A DNA stretch of 64,000 bases from a bacterium (GTDB taxonomy: Bacteria; UBA8248): assembly GCA_965219955.1 (NCBI GenBank), contig OZ244799.1, positions 1,248,001-1,312,000 of the forward strand. The letters are read 5' to 3'. The translations under genes were made by a program, and so were the position numbers. The notes below the pieces were generated by a model. That model was given only the letters and a program-made list of their open reading frames with translations, ran no database searches and was not told the DNA's origin. Below, piece after piece: positions 27,828-36,339 of the stretch. Numbering within the stretch: position 1 is the stretch's first letter; each line of letters starts with the position of its first letter.

Positions 27828-29144
27828 ATGAGCGCTAAACTTCGGGTCGTTCACTACTTGAACCAGTTCTTCGCAGGCGTCGGGGGCGAGGAGAGGAGCG
27901 ATCATCCCGTATCCGCCCGGCCGGGCCCCGTCGGCCCCGGCGTATTGCTCGATAAAATCCTGGGCGAGGACGCAGAAGTCGTCGGCACCGTCTTCGCGGG
28001 GGACGGCCTTTTCGCCGAAAACGAAAAGTCTTGCGCCGCCGAGGCCATCGCGCGGATTCAGGAGTTTTCTCCCGATCTCCTGCTCGCAGGACCCGCCTTC
28101 AACGCCGGACGATTCGGGCTCGCCTGCGCCGCCGTCTGCCGCGCAGCGGAGGAAGCAGGAATGCCCGTCGTCACCGCCATGCACCCGGAAAATCCGGGTT
28201 TTGCCGCCGCGGGAACCAAAGTCCACACCGTTCCCGCCGCCGATTCCGCCGTCGGCATGGAAGAGGCCCTGGAAGCCGCCGCACGGCTGGGGCTCAAGCT
28301 CGCCCGCGGGGATAAGATCGGAAGCGCCGCTGACGAGGGCTACCTCCCTCGGGGGATCCGCTACAACGAAGTCGCAGAACTCCCGACTTCGCGGCGCGCC
28401 GTCGACATGGTTCTCCGGAAAATCAGGGGCGAGCCCTACCGGACCGAACTCGACGTTCCGACGCTCGAGGAGATAGCGCCGCCTAAGCCCGTCGCCGATC
28501 TCAAGAAAGCCCGCATCGCCATCGTATCCGAAGGCGGCATGGTGCCTCCCGGCAACCCGGACCGCTTCTCCGGGTCGAGGAACGGGAACTGGGCCACGTA
28601 TTCCTTCGAGGGGAAAGACGCGCTTCCGGGCGGCGCGTTCATCTCGATCCACGGGGGCTTCAACACCGTGTTCGTGAACGAGGAGCCCGACCGCATGCTC
28701 GCCGTGGATGCCTTCCGCAGGCTTGCGGACGAGGGCGAGATCGCCGAGCTTTACGATGATTTCTTGAGCACCTGCGGGAACGGCGGCGCCTTCGTCGAGA
28801 TGGACGGCATCGGCCGTGCCTGGGCGGTGGAACTCAAAAAGGGCGGGGTCGAGGGCGTCGTCCTCCCCGCCACGTGAGGCACCGGCACGCGCAGCGGGGC
28901 TGCGCTGGCGAGAGCTTTGGAGCGCGAAGGCATCCCCACCGTCATCGTCACCTGCCTGCCCGACGTGGCGCGCGACATCGGGGTCAACCGCATCGTCAAC
29001 AACCGCGCCGGGCACTTCCACCATCCTTTCGGCGACCCCTCCCGAACGCCCGAGGCCGAGCGCGAATGGCGTCTCGGCGCCGCCCGCGCCGCCGTCAAGA
29101 CGCTCGCCGAAAGAGTGGACGGCCCCACGGTGTTCGAATACTAA
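27828..29144 (+). CDS. grdB: Glycine/betaine/sarcosine/D-proline family reductase selenoprotein B (Sec350)
   Basis: VVHYLNQFFAGVGGEE, GPAFNAGRFG, ENPG, GGMVPPGNPD and HGGF. In-frame TGA 28875-28877 (PAT-U-GTGTRSGA) continues to EREGIP..HPFGDP. Confidence 0.94.
28889..28905 (+). promoter_or_regulatory. Putative SECIS element of grdB
   Basis: Perfect hairpin GCGCAGC-GGG-GCTGCGC after an 11-nt spacer from the UGA. Confidence 0.72.
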
Positions 29145-29289
29145 GGGGGCAGGTGACGCTTCCAGACCCGGCCAGATCGGAATTCAGCAACTTTCGTGCC
29201 AGTTCCGGACATGCGCCAGGATGGTTTTAGCGAGTCCTGAATCTCGAAGATAGATTTGCGTTTCCATGAGGTTTTCATCAATACCTGTT

Positions 29290-29440
29290 GGGTTGTTGAA
29301 AAACCTTGCAATACCGGGATTGTCGTCATTCGCCGGAATGACGAACGAAATCGCACTCGCCCGTAGGGGCGGTTCGCGAACCGCCCCTACAATCACATCG
29401 CGTCAAACCCTCATTAGTCAGGGGTCTTTCAATAATTTCT
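29290..29440. mobile_element. Short MITE-like unit with GTCATTC and GTAG REP modules
   Basis: GTTGTTGAAAAA, GTCATTCGCCGGAATGAC and GTAGGGGCGGTTCGCGAACCGCCCCTAC. Confidence 0.6.
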
Positions 29441-29563
29441 TCGAGGGCGAGTGGTTTCGGAGTGTGTGGAAGTCTGTTCTTCCGTTGTTTTGACATCTCC
29501 TCGCGCACTGGGTGAAACTGGTTTGGCTTGCTATCTCCACGAGAAATGACAGGAGAGAACCGT

Positions 29564-30016
29564 ATGACGGAATTCGAAACTGCAAGCCTCGCCGTCCAGC
29601 AAGCCGCCCTTGCCCTGCAAAAAGACACGCTTGAACTGCAACAGGCCTCCCTGGCCCTTCAACAAGCCTCGCTGGCATTGCATCGCGCCTCCGTATGGGT
29701 CGCAGCGCTCGTCGGCGCCGCGCAATGCAGCCTGATAGGGTATGGACTCTACATCATGCGCCAGGCCGCAAAGCAACGCGACGCCCAGCACCGGGAAAAC
29801 ATGGCCCAGCATCAAGAGACCATGAAGGCGCTGGACAGCCGGCATCAAGAAGCCATGGCGACGCTGAAAGGTCAGCAAGAAGCGCAAAGCGACCAGCACC
29901 GGGAAACGATGGCGGCCATAGAAAGCCGGCACCGGGAAAACATGGAGGCGATCAAGGTCCAGAGCGAGTCGCTGAGGGAACTCATCCGCCGCACGTCCGC
30001 ACCGCAGGACGGTTGA
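29564..30016 (+). CDS. Hypothetical single-TM repeat protein (heptad repeats plus HxExM repeats)
   Basis: AGGAG RBS, ASLALQQ-like heptads, a hydrophobic helix and five H(R/Q)ExM motifs. Confidence 0.7.
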   Translation: MTEFETASLAVQQAALALQKDTLELQQASLALQQASLALHRASVWVAALVGAAQCSLIGYGLYIMRQAAKQRDAQHRENMAQHQETMKALDSRHQEAMATLKGQQEAQSDQHRETMAAIESRHRENMEAIKVQSESLRELIRRTSAPQDG

Positions 30017-30110
30017 TGGTGTCGGGGCGCCGCTTGCGCCCGTCCTGACGAAGGACAACCACAGGGGGTTGTCCCTGCGAATCCTCCATCCCCCGCTCGG
30101 GGTCATTCCT

Positions 30111-30453
30111 CCCGCATTTGCCCGCATTTGCTAGGACCCCTCCCTCCGCGCCTGCGCTATCCTCCAAACGCGCTTTCGTGAAGGCGAGGTGAGAAAATCT
30201 AAGAAATTCCCGTGATTCGCATGGAGGGCTGGAAGCATGGAATTTTCTGGATTCGGAATGAGCGGCACGGATTTCGGATTACTGAACAATTCGAAAAATA
30301 TCGATAAATTCAGGAAAAGGTTTATGGCTCGAACTAACATGACATAGATCATATATTTAATAAGTTACAACATATAATTAAAGTTATACATTAATAAATT
30401 ACCGAAATGTATCGAATTAAATTTTTTTCGCTCCCCCGCATTTCCCCGCATTT
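30111..30453. repeat. AT-rich element with tandem CCCGCATTT 10-mers, copy 2
   Basis: CCCGCATTTG x2 at 30111-30130, CCCGCATTT x2 at 30435-30453, and a GATAAATTC motif at about 30304. Confidence 0.6.
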
Positions 30454-30658
30454 GTATGAACCGCAAACCATCCTCCTGGCGCATCCGTTCTCCGGTTCGG
30501 CGGGCATCCTCTCCTGGTGAACTTGAACCCCCGCTCCCGATTGCGAACAAAGGTGCGAGCGGATACTATCAGGTACGCAGACATCATGGCTGAGCCTGGA
30601 CACAGTACTACGGGAGTTTCTCCGGCTGGTGGCGAAGCTTCATAAACAGAGGACGAAT

Positions 30659-31834
30659 ATGGATTTTACACTCACTTCCGAACAGAAAAAACTGCAAAAA
30701 ACGGCGCATGACTTCGCCGCGCAGGAGATACGCCCCGTCGCGGCGGCGCTGGACAGAGAGCCCGACCCGATGAAGCGCTTCCCCTGGGACGTGCTGGAGA
30801 AGGGGAGCAGGCTGGGCTTGCGAACCCTCGCGCTGCCAGAAGAGTTGGGCGGCGGGGGTTGCGATATCCTCACGCTTTGCCTCGTGGGCGAGGAACTGGC
30901 CTGGGGCGATCTGGGCACGGCGGTCACGTTTGATCAGACCTGGAAGATATCTCACCTGTTCGAAAAACTCACGAATCAGGCTCAGAAAGAGCGTTACCTG
31001 AAGGCTTTTCTGGAAGACCACCACTTCCACCTGGCCGTCGGAATGACGGAGGAAACCGGCGGAACGGACAACATCATCCCCTACGACAGCCCCGACGCCG
31101 GCGTTCGGACGACCGCCGTGCGCGAGGGGGACCACTGGATCGCCAACGGGAAGAAGCGATACATCAGCAACGGCGGAATCGCCAAGCTCTGTATCGTCGC
31201 CATGAGAACGGATACGACGAAGGGCGTGTCCGAGGGGATGACGTACTTCATCATCACGCCGGACATGGAAGGTTTCCGCTACGGGAAGATTCACGACAAG
31301 ATGGGACAGCGGCTCTCCCTGAACGCGGAGCTCATTTTTGAGAACTGCAGAGTCCCGGAAGAAAACCGCGTCTCGGAAGTGAACCGCGCCACGGAAGCGC
31401 GCCGCATGTTCGTTCCGGGCTCGAACATCGAAGCCGCCGCCACCGTTCTCGGCACCGCCAGAGCGGCCTATGAGGACGCCTTGGCGCACGCCAAAACCCG
31501 GATACAGGGGGGCAGGCCGATCGTCGAACATCAGGCGGTAGGCTTCATGCTGGCGGATTGTTTCGCCGAGTATGAAGCGAGCAGGCGACTGCTCCACTAC
31601 GCCGCCTGGACGGCCGGCCAGAAAGGCCTCTACGACCCCAAAATGGGTTTCATGACCAAGTGTTTCGTGTCCGAATCTTCCTACCGGATCGCTACGCACG
31701 CACTGGAAGTATGGGGCGGCACCGGGTACATGACGGATGCGCCGATGGAGAAATACCTGAGAGACGTGACCAGCTTCTTACACTCCGACGGAACGAACCA
31801 GGCCATGCGTATTCGCTCGATGAAATTTTTATAA
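30659..31834 (+). CDS. Acyl-CoA dehydrogenase family protein
   Basis: MTEETGGTD, NGKKRYISNG, KMGQR, WGGTGYM..MEKYLRD and HSDGTNQ. Confidence 0.94.
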   Translation: MDFTLTSEQKKLQKTAHDFAAQEIRPVAAALDREPDPMKRFPWDVLEKGSRLGLRTLALPEELGGGGCDILTLCLVGEELAWGDLGTAVTFDQTWKISHLFEKLTNQAQKERYLKAFLEDHHFHLAVGMTEETGGTDNIIPYDSPDAGVRTTAVREGDHWIANGKKRYISNGGIAKLCIVAMRTDTTKGVSEGMTYFIITPDMEGFRYGKIHDKMGQRLSLNAELIFENCRVPEENRVSEVNRATEARRMFVPGSNIEAAATVLGTARAAYEDALAHAKTRIQGGRPIVEHQAVGFMLADCFAEYEASRRLLHYAAWTAGQKGLYDPKMGFMTKCFVSESSYRIATHALEVWGGTGYMTDAPMEKYLRDVTSFLHSDGTNQAMRIRSMKFL

Positions 31835-31841
31835 GCGAGAG

Positions 31842-32936
31842 ATGATAATGCCAAAATTGAAAATACGCTCACTCGAGGCGCTTCCCCTCAAGGTGCCCCT
31901 CAAAAAAATATTTCAAAGCTCACTCGGCGTGTATAGGCATCTCGACGTCGTCGTGGTGCATCTTCACACCGAAGGCGGCCCGAGTGGTACGGGTTTCACG
32001 ATGGGCCTGGGAGGCGAGGGTGGCGCCGCCATGCTGCCGTACATCGAAAACGAGTTGGCTCCATTGGCGATAGGGCAGGACGCACTGGCCCCCGAGGCGC
32101 TTTGGAACCGCATGTGGGCGCCGAACAAGGCGAGGATGCGAGGCGGCTTGGGTTTATATTCTCTCTCTGCAGTGGACATCGCGTGTTGGGATATCGTAGC
32201 GAAAACAGCCGGCCTGCCGCTCAATCGCCTGCTGGGCGGGTTCCGCCAGAAAATGCCGGTCTACGGCAGCGGCGGCTGGCATACGCTCCCGGATTCGGAA
32301 CTTCTCGAAGAAGCCCAGGAGGCCGCCTCGCTCGGCATGAGCGGCTACAAACTCAAAATCGGCACGCCGCGCGACGCAGAACGCCTCGAATACCTCCGCA
32401 AGAATATGGGAGAGGATTTCATTCTCTTTTGCGATGCGAACCAGAACTACAACGTGCGCGAGGCGGTGGAAGTTTCATCCATGCTGGCGGAATACGCCGT
32501 TGCCTGGTTCGAAGAACCCGTGCTGGCCGATTGCGTCGATGACCTCGCGGAGGTGGCGGAGAAGAGCATGGTGCCTACCGCGGCGGGCGAGAACGCCTAC
32601 ATGCGCTGGGGGTTCCGGGAAATATGCGAGCGCCGCGCGGTGGGCTTTTTGCAGCCCGATGTTTGCCGCTGCGGCGGGGTGACGGAATTCATCAAAATTG
32701 CGCATCTGGCCGATGCCTTCAACATTTCCCTGAGCAGCCATCTGGCCCATGAATTGTCGGTCAGCCTCGTGGGCGCAACACCCAGAGGCTATATGGTCGA
32801 ACACATGGAGTTTTTCTCTCCCGGTGATTTCACGCAGGATTTTTCGGTGCGCGATGGACACATCGATGTCCCCGACGCGCCCGGGCACGGCGTGGAATTC
32901 ACAACGGACGCGCTTGAACGCTACAAGGCTTCCTGA
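31842..32936 (+). CDS. Mandelate racemase/muconate lactonizing (enolase superfamily) protein
   Basis: SAVDIACWD, KLKIG, DAN/EEP/GEN metal ligands, QPD, SSH and PGHG. Confidence 0.93.
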   Translation: MIMPKLKIRSLEALPLKVPLKKIFQSSLGVYRHLDVVVVHLHTEGGPSGTGFTMGLGGEGGAAMLPYIENELAPLAIGQDALAPEALWNRMWAPNKARMRGGLGLYSLSAVDIACWDIVAKTAGLPLNRLLGGFRQKMPVYGSGGWHTLPDSELLEEAQEAASLGMSGYKLKIGTPRDAERLEYLRKNMGEDFILFCDANQNYNVREAVEVSSMLAEYAVAWFEEPVLADCVDDLAEVAEKSMVPTAAGENAYMRWGFREICERRAVGFLQPDVCRCGGVTEFIKIAHLADAFNISLSSHLAHELSVSLVGATPRGYMVEHMEFFSPGDFTQDFSVRDGHIDVPDAPGHGVEFTTDALERYKAS

Positions 32937-32964
32937 ATTTCCAAGAATCATCCATGGCTAGGAG

Positions 32965-33897
32965 ATGCGAATGAAACTATTGTCATACAATTACAGAGGT
33001 CTTGAGAGGGTCGGCGTTTATGTGGGCAGTAGAATCGCTCACTTATCGCGTCTGGCCGGCATTTTGGGCAAGAGAGAACTCGCGTTCGGCAGTATGATTG
33101 AACTCATCAATTCCTGGGAAACGCATGGACCTGCGCTTCATGAGTTGATCGCTCAGGCGGAGGCGAATGAGGAAGATTTGACTCCCATCCTCATGGCGCC
33201 CGAGGATGTTCATCACATATCCCCGATTCCTCATCCACCCAAGCACGTTCTTTGCATGGGCCTCAACTACCAGGACCATGTAAATGAGGGCCTGCAAGCA
33301 AGGGATGTGCAGACGACAAAGGTTGAACTCGACCATCCGATCTTTTTCACTAAAGCCCAGAGCACCCTTATAGGACACAACGAAGGCATACCGGCACACC
33401 GGGTGACGGAAAAACTCGACTATGAAGCTGAAATCGCCGTCATCATCGGCAAAAAAGGAAAAAATATCCCCAAGGATGAAGTTTATGGGCACGTCTTCGG
33501 CTATTGCTGCGCCAACGACATCTCCGCAAGGGATATTCAAAGGCGTCACAAGCAGATTTTCAAGGGCAAAACCCTCGATGGCACATGTCCGCTCGGCCCA
33601 TACATCGTTCCCAAAGAGGACTATGGCGACCCGATGAACCAGACCGTAAAGAGCTGGGTGAACGGCGAAGCGCGCCAGGACTCAAACACGAACATGATGA
33701 TTCACGATATTCCGTCGATGATCTCGGTGCTTTCAGAAGGTTTCACCCTGGAGCCGGGCGATATCTTCTTGACGGGTACGCCTTCGGGTGTGGGATACGC
33801 TCGAGAAACACCCTCGTTTCTAACGCCGGGCGATGTGGTGGAAGTGGAAATCGGTGGACTCGGCCGATTGCGCAACGTGATTATAGAAGCTGACTAG
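32965..33897 (+). CDS. Fumarylacetoacetate hydrolase family protein
   Basis: GLNYQDH, DYEAE, NDISARDIQ and TGTPSGVG. Confidence 0.94.
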   Translation: MRMKLLSYNYRGLERVGVYVGSRIAHLSRLAGILGKRELAFGSMIELINSWETHGPALHELIAQAEANEEDLTPILMAPEDVHHISPIPHPPKHVLCMGLNYQDHVNEGLQARDVQTTKVELDHPIFFTKAQSTLIGHNEGIPAHRVTEKLDYEAEIAVIIGKKGKNIPKDEVYGHVFGYCCANDISARDIQRRHKQIFKGKTLDGTCPLGPYIVPKEDYGDPMNQTVKSWVNGEARQDSNTNMMIHDIPSMISVLSEGFTLEPGDIFLTGTPSGVGYARETPSFLTPGDVVEVEIGGLGRLRNVIIEAD

Positions 33898-33928
33898 TGG
33901 ATTGTGACGTTATACCTGGGGAGAACGA

Positions 33929-34327
33929 TTGATGACCGAAGAATTTTATCCACCGGCGATTCGCCGCGGGGATACGCAATACGGAGAAGGTTACACGGAA
34001 AAACTGTTTGGCAGGCTGAATAAGCTCGACCCTGATTTCTCCATGTTGTTCCAGCGATTCGTTCACGGGGGGCTGTACGATCGCGATGTTCTTCCGCACA
34101 AGACCAGAGAGTTTTGCGCACTCGCCGCCTTGTGCGTTACGGGACGATTCAACCAGATGCGCTCCCATTTCACGGCCGCGCGAAGTTACGGTGCGACGGA
34201 TAAAGAAATCATGGAGGTGATTTTTCAGATGTCGCCATACAGCGGAGTCCCCGCTGTTTTAGAGAGCCTTCAGGTATTCGAGGATTGGCTGGAAGCAGGA
34301 GGGGCCATGACGGGGTATGGAAAATAG
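33929..34327 (+). CDS. Carboxymuconolactone decarboxylase family protein
   Basis: LPHKTREFCALAAL...H...EIMEVIFQMSPYSGVP. Confidence 0.88.
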   Translation: MMTEEFYPPAIRRGDTQYGEGYTEKLFGRLNKLDPDFSMLFQRFVHGGLYDRDVLPHKTREFCALAALCVTGRFNQMRSHFTAARSYGATDKEIMEVIFQMSPYSGVPAVLESLQVFEDWLEAGGAMTGYGK

Positions 34328-34330
34328 GCG

Positions 34331-35161
34331 ATGTCTTCCCCACCGGCAAGAGAACGCGGCCTTAAAGGCAAGGTGGCGCTCATCACCGGCGCCGGAGGTG
34401 GAATAGGTCGCGGCATCGCCCGGTGCCTGGCGGAAGAGGGTGTCCATTTGGCATTGGCCGACATCTCAAAATCCGGCGCCGAGGCGGCCGCGGAAGAAAT
34501 GGGAAAATTCGATATTAACGCCATTCCCTATACGCTCGATGTGACGGACAAGAGTCAATGCGAAGACGTCGTAGACGCGGTCAACAAGAAATTCAGCAGT
34601 TTGGACATTGTGGTCAACAATGCCGGCGTCATTGGCGGAGCGGATTTCAAGCTGGGCATGCCTCTTTCCGACATCAATGAAGATGATTGGGACGACACGT
34701 ATAACGTCAACGTAAAAGGTGTTTTTCTATTGTGCCAAGCCTCGCTTGAGAAGATGAAGGGAAAGGGCTGGGGCCGCATCATCAACATTTCTTCACGCGC
34801 CGGGCGTGATGGCCGCGAAACCATACCGCATTACAGCGCGAGCAAAGCAGCAGTCATTATTTTCACCCAGGCACTTGCACGTGAAGTAGCGCGAGAAGGC
34901 ATTACGGTGAACGCCGTCTGTCCAGGTCTGATTTGGAGCGCAATGTGGCAGCAAATAGCTGAAAAACTCAGAGAAAAATTCCCAAACTTCAAAGGGAAAA
35001 CAACGAGGGAGATTTTCGATTATTTTGTCGAACAAACACCGTTAGGAGTCGAGCAATCGACCGAAGATATCGGGCGAGTGGTCGCCTTTTTAGCGAGCGA
35101 TGATGCAAAAACTATTACAGGTCAAGCCATCCTGGTCGATTCAGGAGCTGTAATGCACTAA
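34331..35161 (+). CDS. SDR family oxidoreductase
   Basis: TGAGGGIG, NNAG, YSASK and NAVCPG. Confidence 0.95.
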   Translation: MSSPPARERGLKGKVALITGAGGGIGRGIARCLAEEGVHLALADISKSGAEAAAEEMGKFDINAIPYTLDVTDKSQCEDVVDAVNKKFSSLDIVVNNAGVIGGADFKLGMPLSDINEDDWDDTYNVNVKGVFLLCQASLEKMKGKGWGRIINISSRAGRDGRETIPHYSASKAAVIIFTQALAREVAREGITVNAVCPGLIWSAMWQQIAEKLREKFPNFKGKTTREIFDYFVEQTPLGVEQSTEDIGRVVAFLASDDAKTITGQAILVDSGAVMH

Positions 35162-35325
35162 TTGGGCTAACGTGAATCAAGTGGCGTTGTCGTTCGTAAT
35201 ATTTCATTTGACTTGTCTCCGCAGCCTTGATAATTTGTTATATCTATTACAGGTGTCTAACTGGGAAAACACTTGCTTCCATTTGTGAAATAAGCATTTC
35301 AGCAAGTTCCTGGGAGGTGTACTCC

Positions 35326-36231
35326 ATGGGGAAGAAGTACACCATCGTGATGATACCGAGCAACTCTAGCGGCACCCGGCGCTTTAGTATCACGCGGGGA
35401 ATGCTAAGCCTGTTGCTTATCGGTTTTTGCTCTATCATCGGAGCGACGCTTTACCTGACACAAGAGAGAATTTCACTAAAGAAGCATTTGGCCAAACTCT
35501 CCCCCCTGAAACAACAAAACCAGACACAAAAAGAACTTATCGAAAAATTTACCGCCAAACTTCAATCCCTGGATAACAACCTGATACAAATCAAACAACT
35601 TGAAGACCAGCTTCGAATCATGGCCTCTTTGAAGCCGGGCAACCGAAATGACGACCTGGGTGTAGGGGGTGTTTCAAAACAAACGTTGCCTGACGACTTG
35701 GAAAAACTCACCCCCTCTGAGCAAAGGTTCATACGGAGACTAAATCGTCAATTCCAGGACATTGAAAGGCGCACCACCGAGCAGGAAAGCGCGTTCAAGG
35801 AACTATTGAGCGCGTTCCGCGACAAAAGCGTATTGCTTGCTCACACACCCTCAATATGGCCTGTCAAGGGCTGGCTCTCCTCCAGCTTTGGTTACAGGCG
35901 CTCCCCGTTTACGAATCGGCGAGAATTTCATGCAGGAATCGATGTTGTCGCAAGGGTAGGAACCCCTATATTCGCCCCGGCGGATGGTGTCGTCATTAAC
36001 AACAAGAGAATAGGAGGATTCGGGAAAACTGTTCGAATCCAGCACATGCAGGGCATTGTTACAACATTTGCTCATAATAGCGTGAATATGGTGAAAGTCG
36101 GTCAGCGTGTAAGGCGAGGTGACATTATTGCCAAAGTCGGTTCCACAGGCAGATCCACCGGCCCCCATCTTCACTATGAAGTCAGGATAAACGGAGTCGC
36201 CGTCAATCCCAGGCTGTATATCGTAGAGTAA
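35326..36231 (+). CDS. M23 family metallopeptidase
   Basis: TM helix, coiled coil, TPSIWPVKG, HAGID and STGPHLHYEV. Confidence 0.93.
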   Translation: MGKKYTIVMIPSNSSGTRRFSITRGMLSLLLIGFCSIIGATLYLTQERISLKKHLAKLSPLKQQNQTQKELIEKFTAKLQSLDNNLIQIKQLEDQLRIMASLKPGNRNDDLGVGGVSKQTLPDDLEKLTPSEQRFIRRLNRQFQDIERRTTEQESAFKELLSAFRDKSVLLAHTPSIWPVKGWLSSSFGYRRSPFTNRREFHAGIDVVARVGTPIFAPADGVVINNKRIGGFGKTVRIQHMQGIVTTFAHNSVNMVKVGQRVRRGDIIAKVGSTGRSTGPHLHYEVRINGVAVNPRLYIVE

Positions 36232-36339
36232 AAAATACCACCGCCCGCCTGGCATATTTGCTTTTTCTCCCCAAAACACCATGATAGGCTATATTTGCGC
36301 AGCAGGTGATTCGTACGCATGAACCGCATGGAGAGTTGA

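Noticed and set aside
20494-29144. Pseudogene interpretation of the three TGA-interrupted genes
   Set aside because: Each TGA sits at a known Sec/Cys catalytic position, the frame stays conserved downstream, and hairpins follow. Selenocysteine explains this better.
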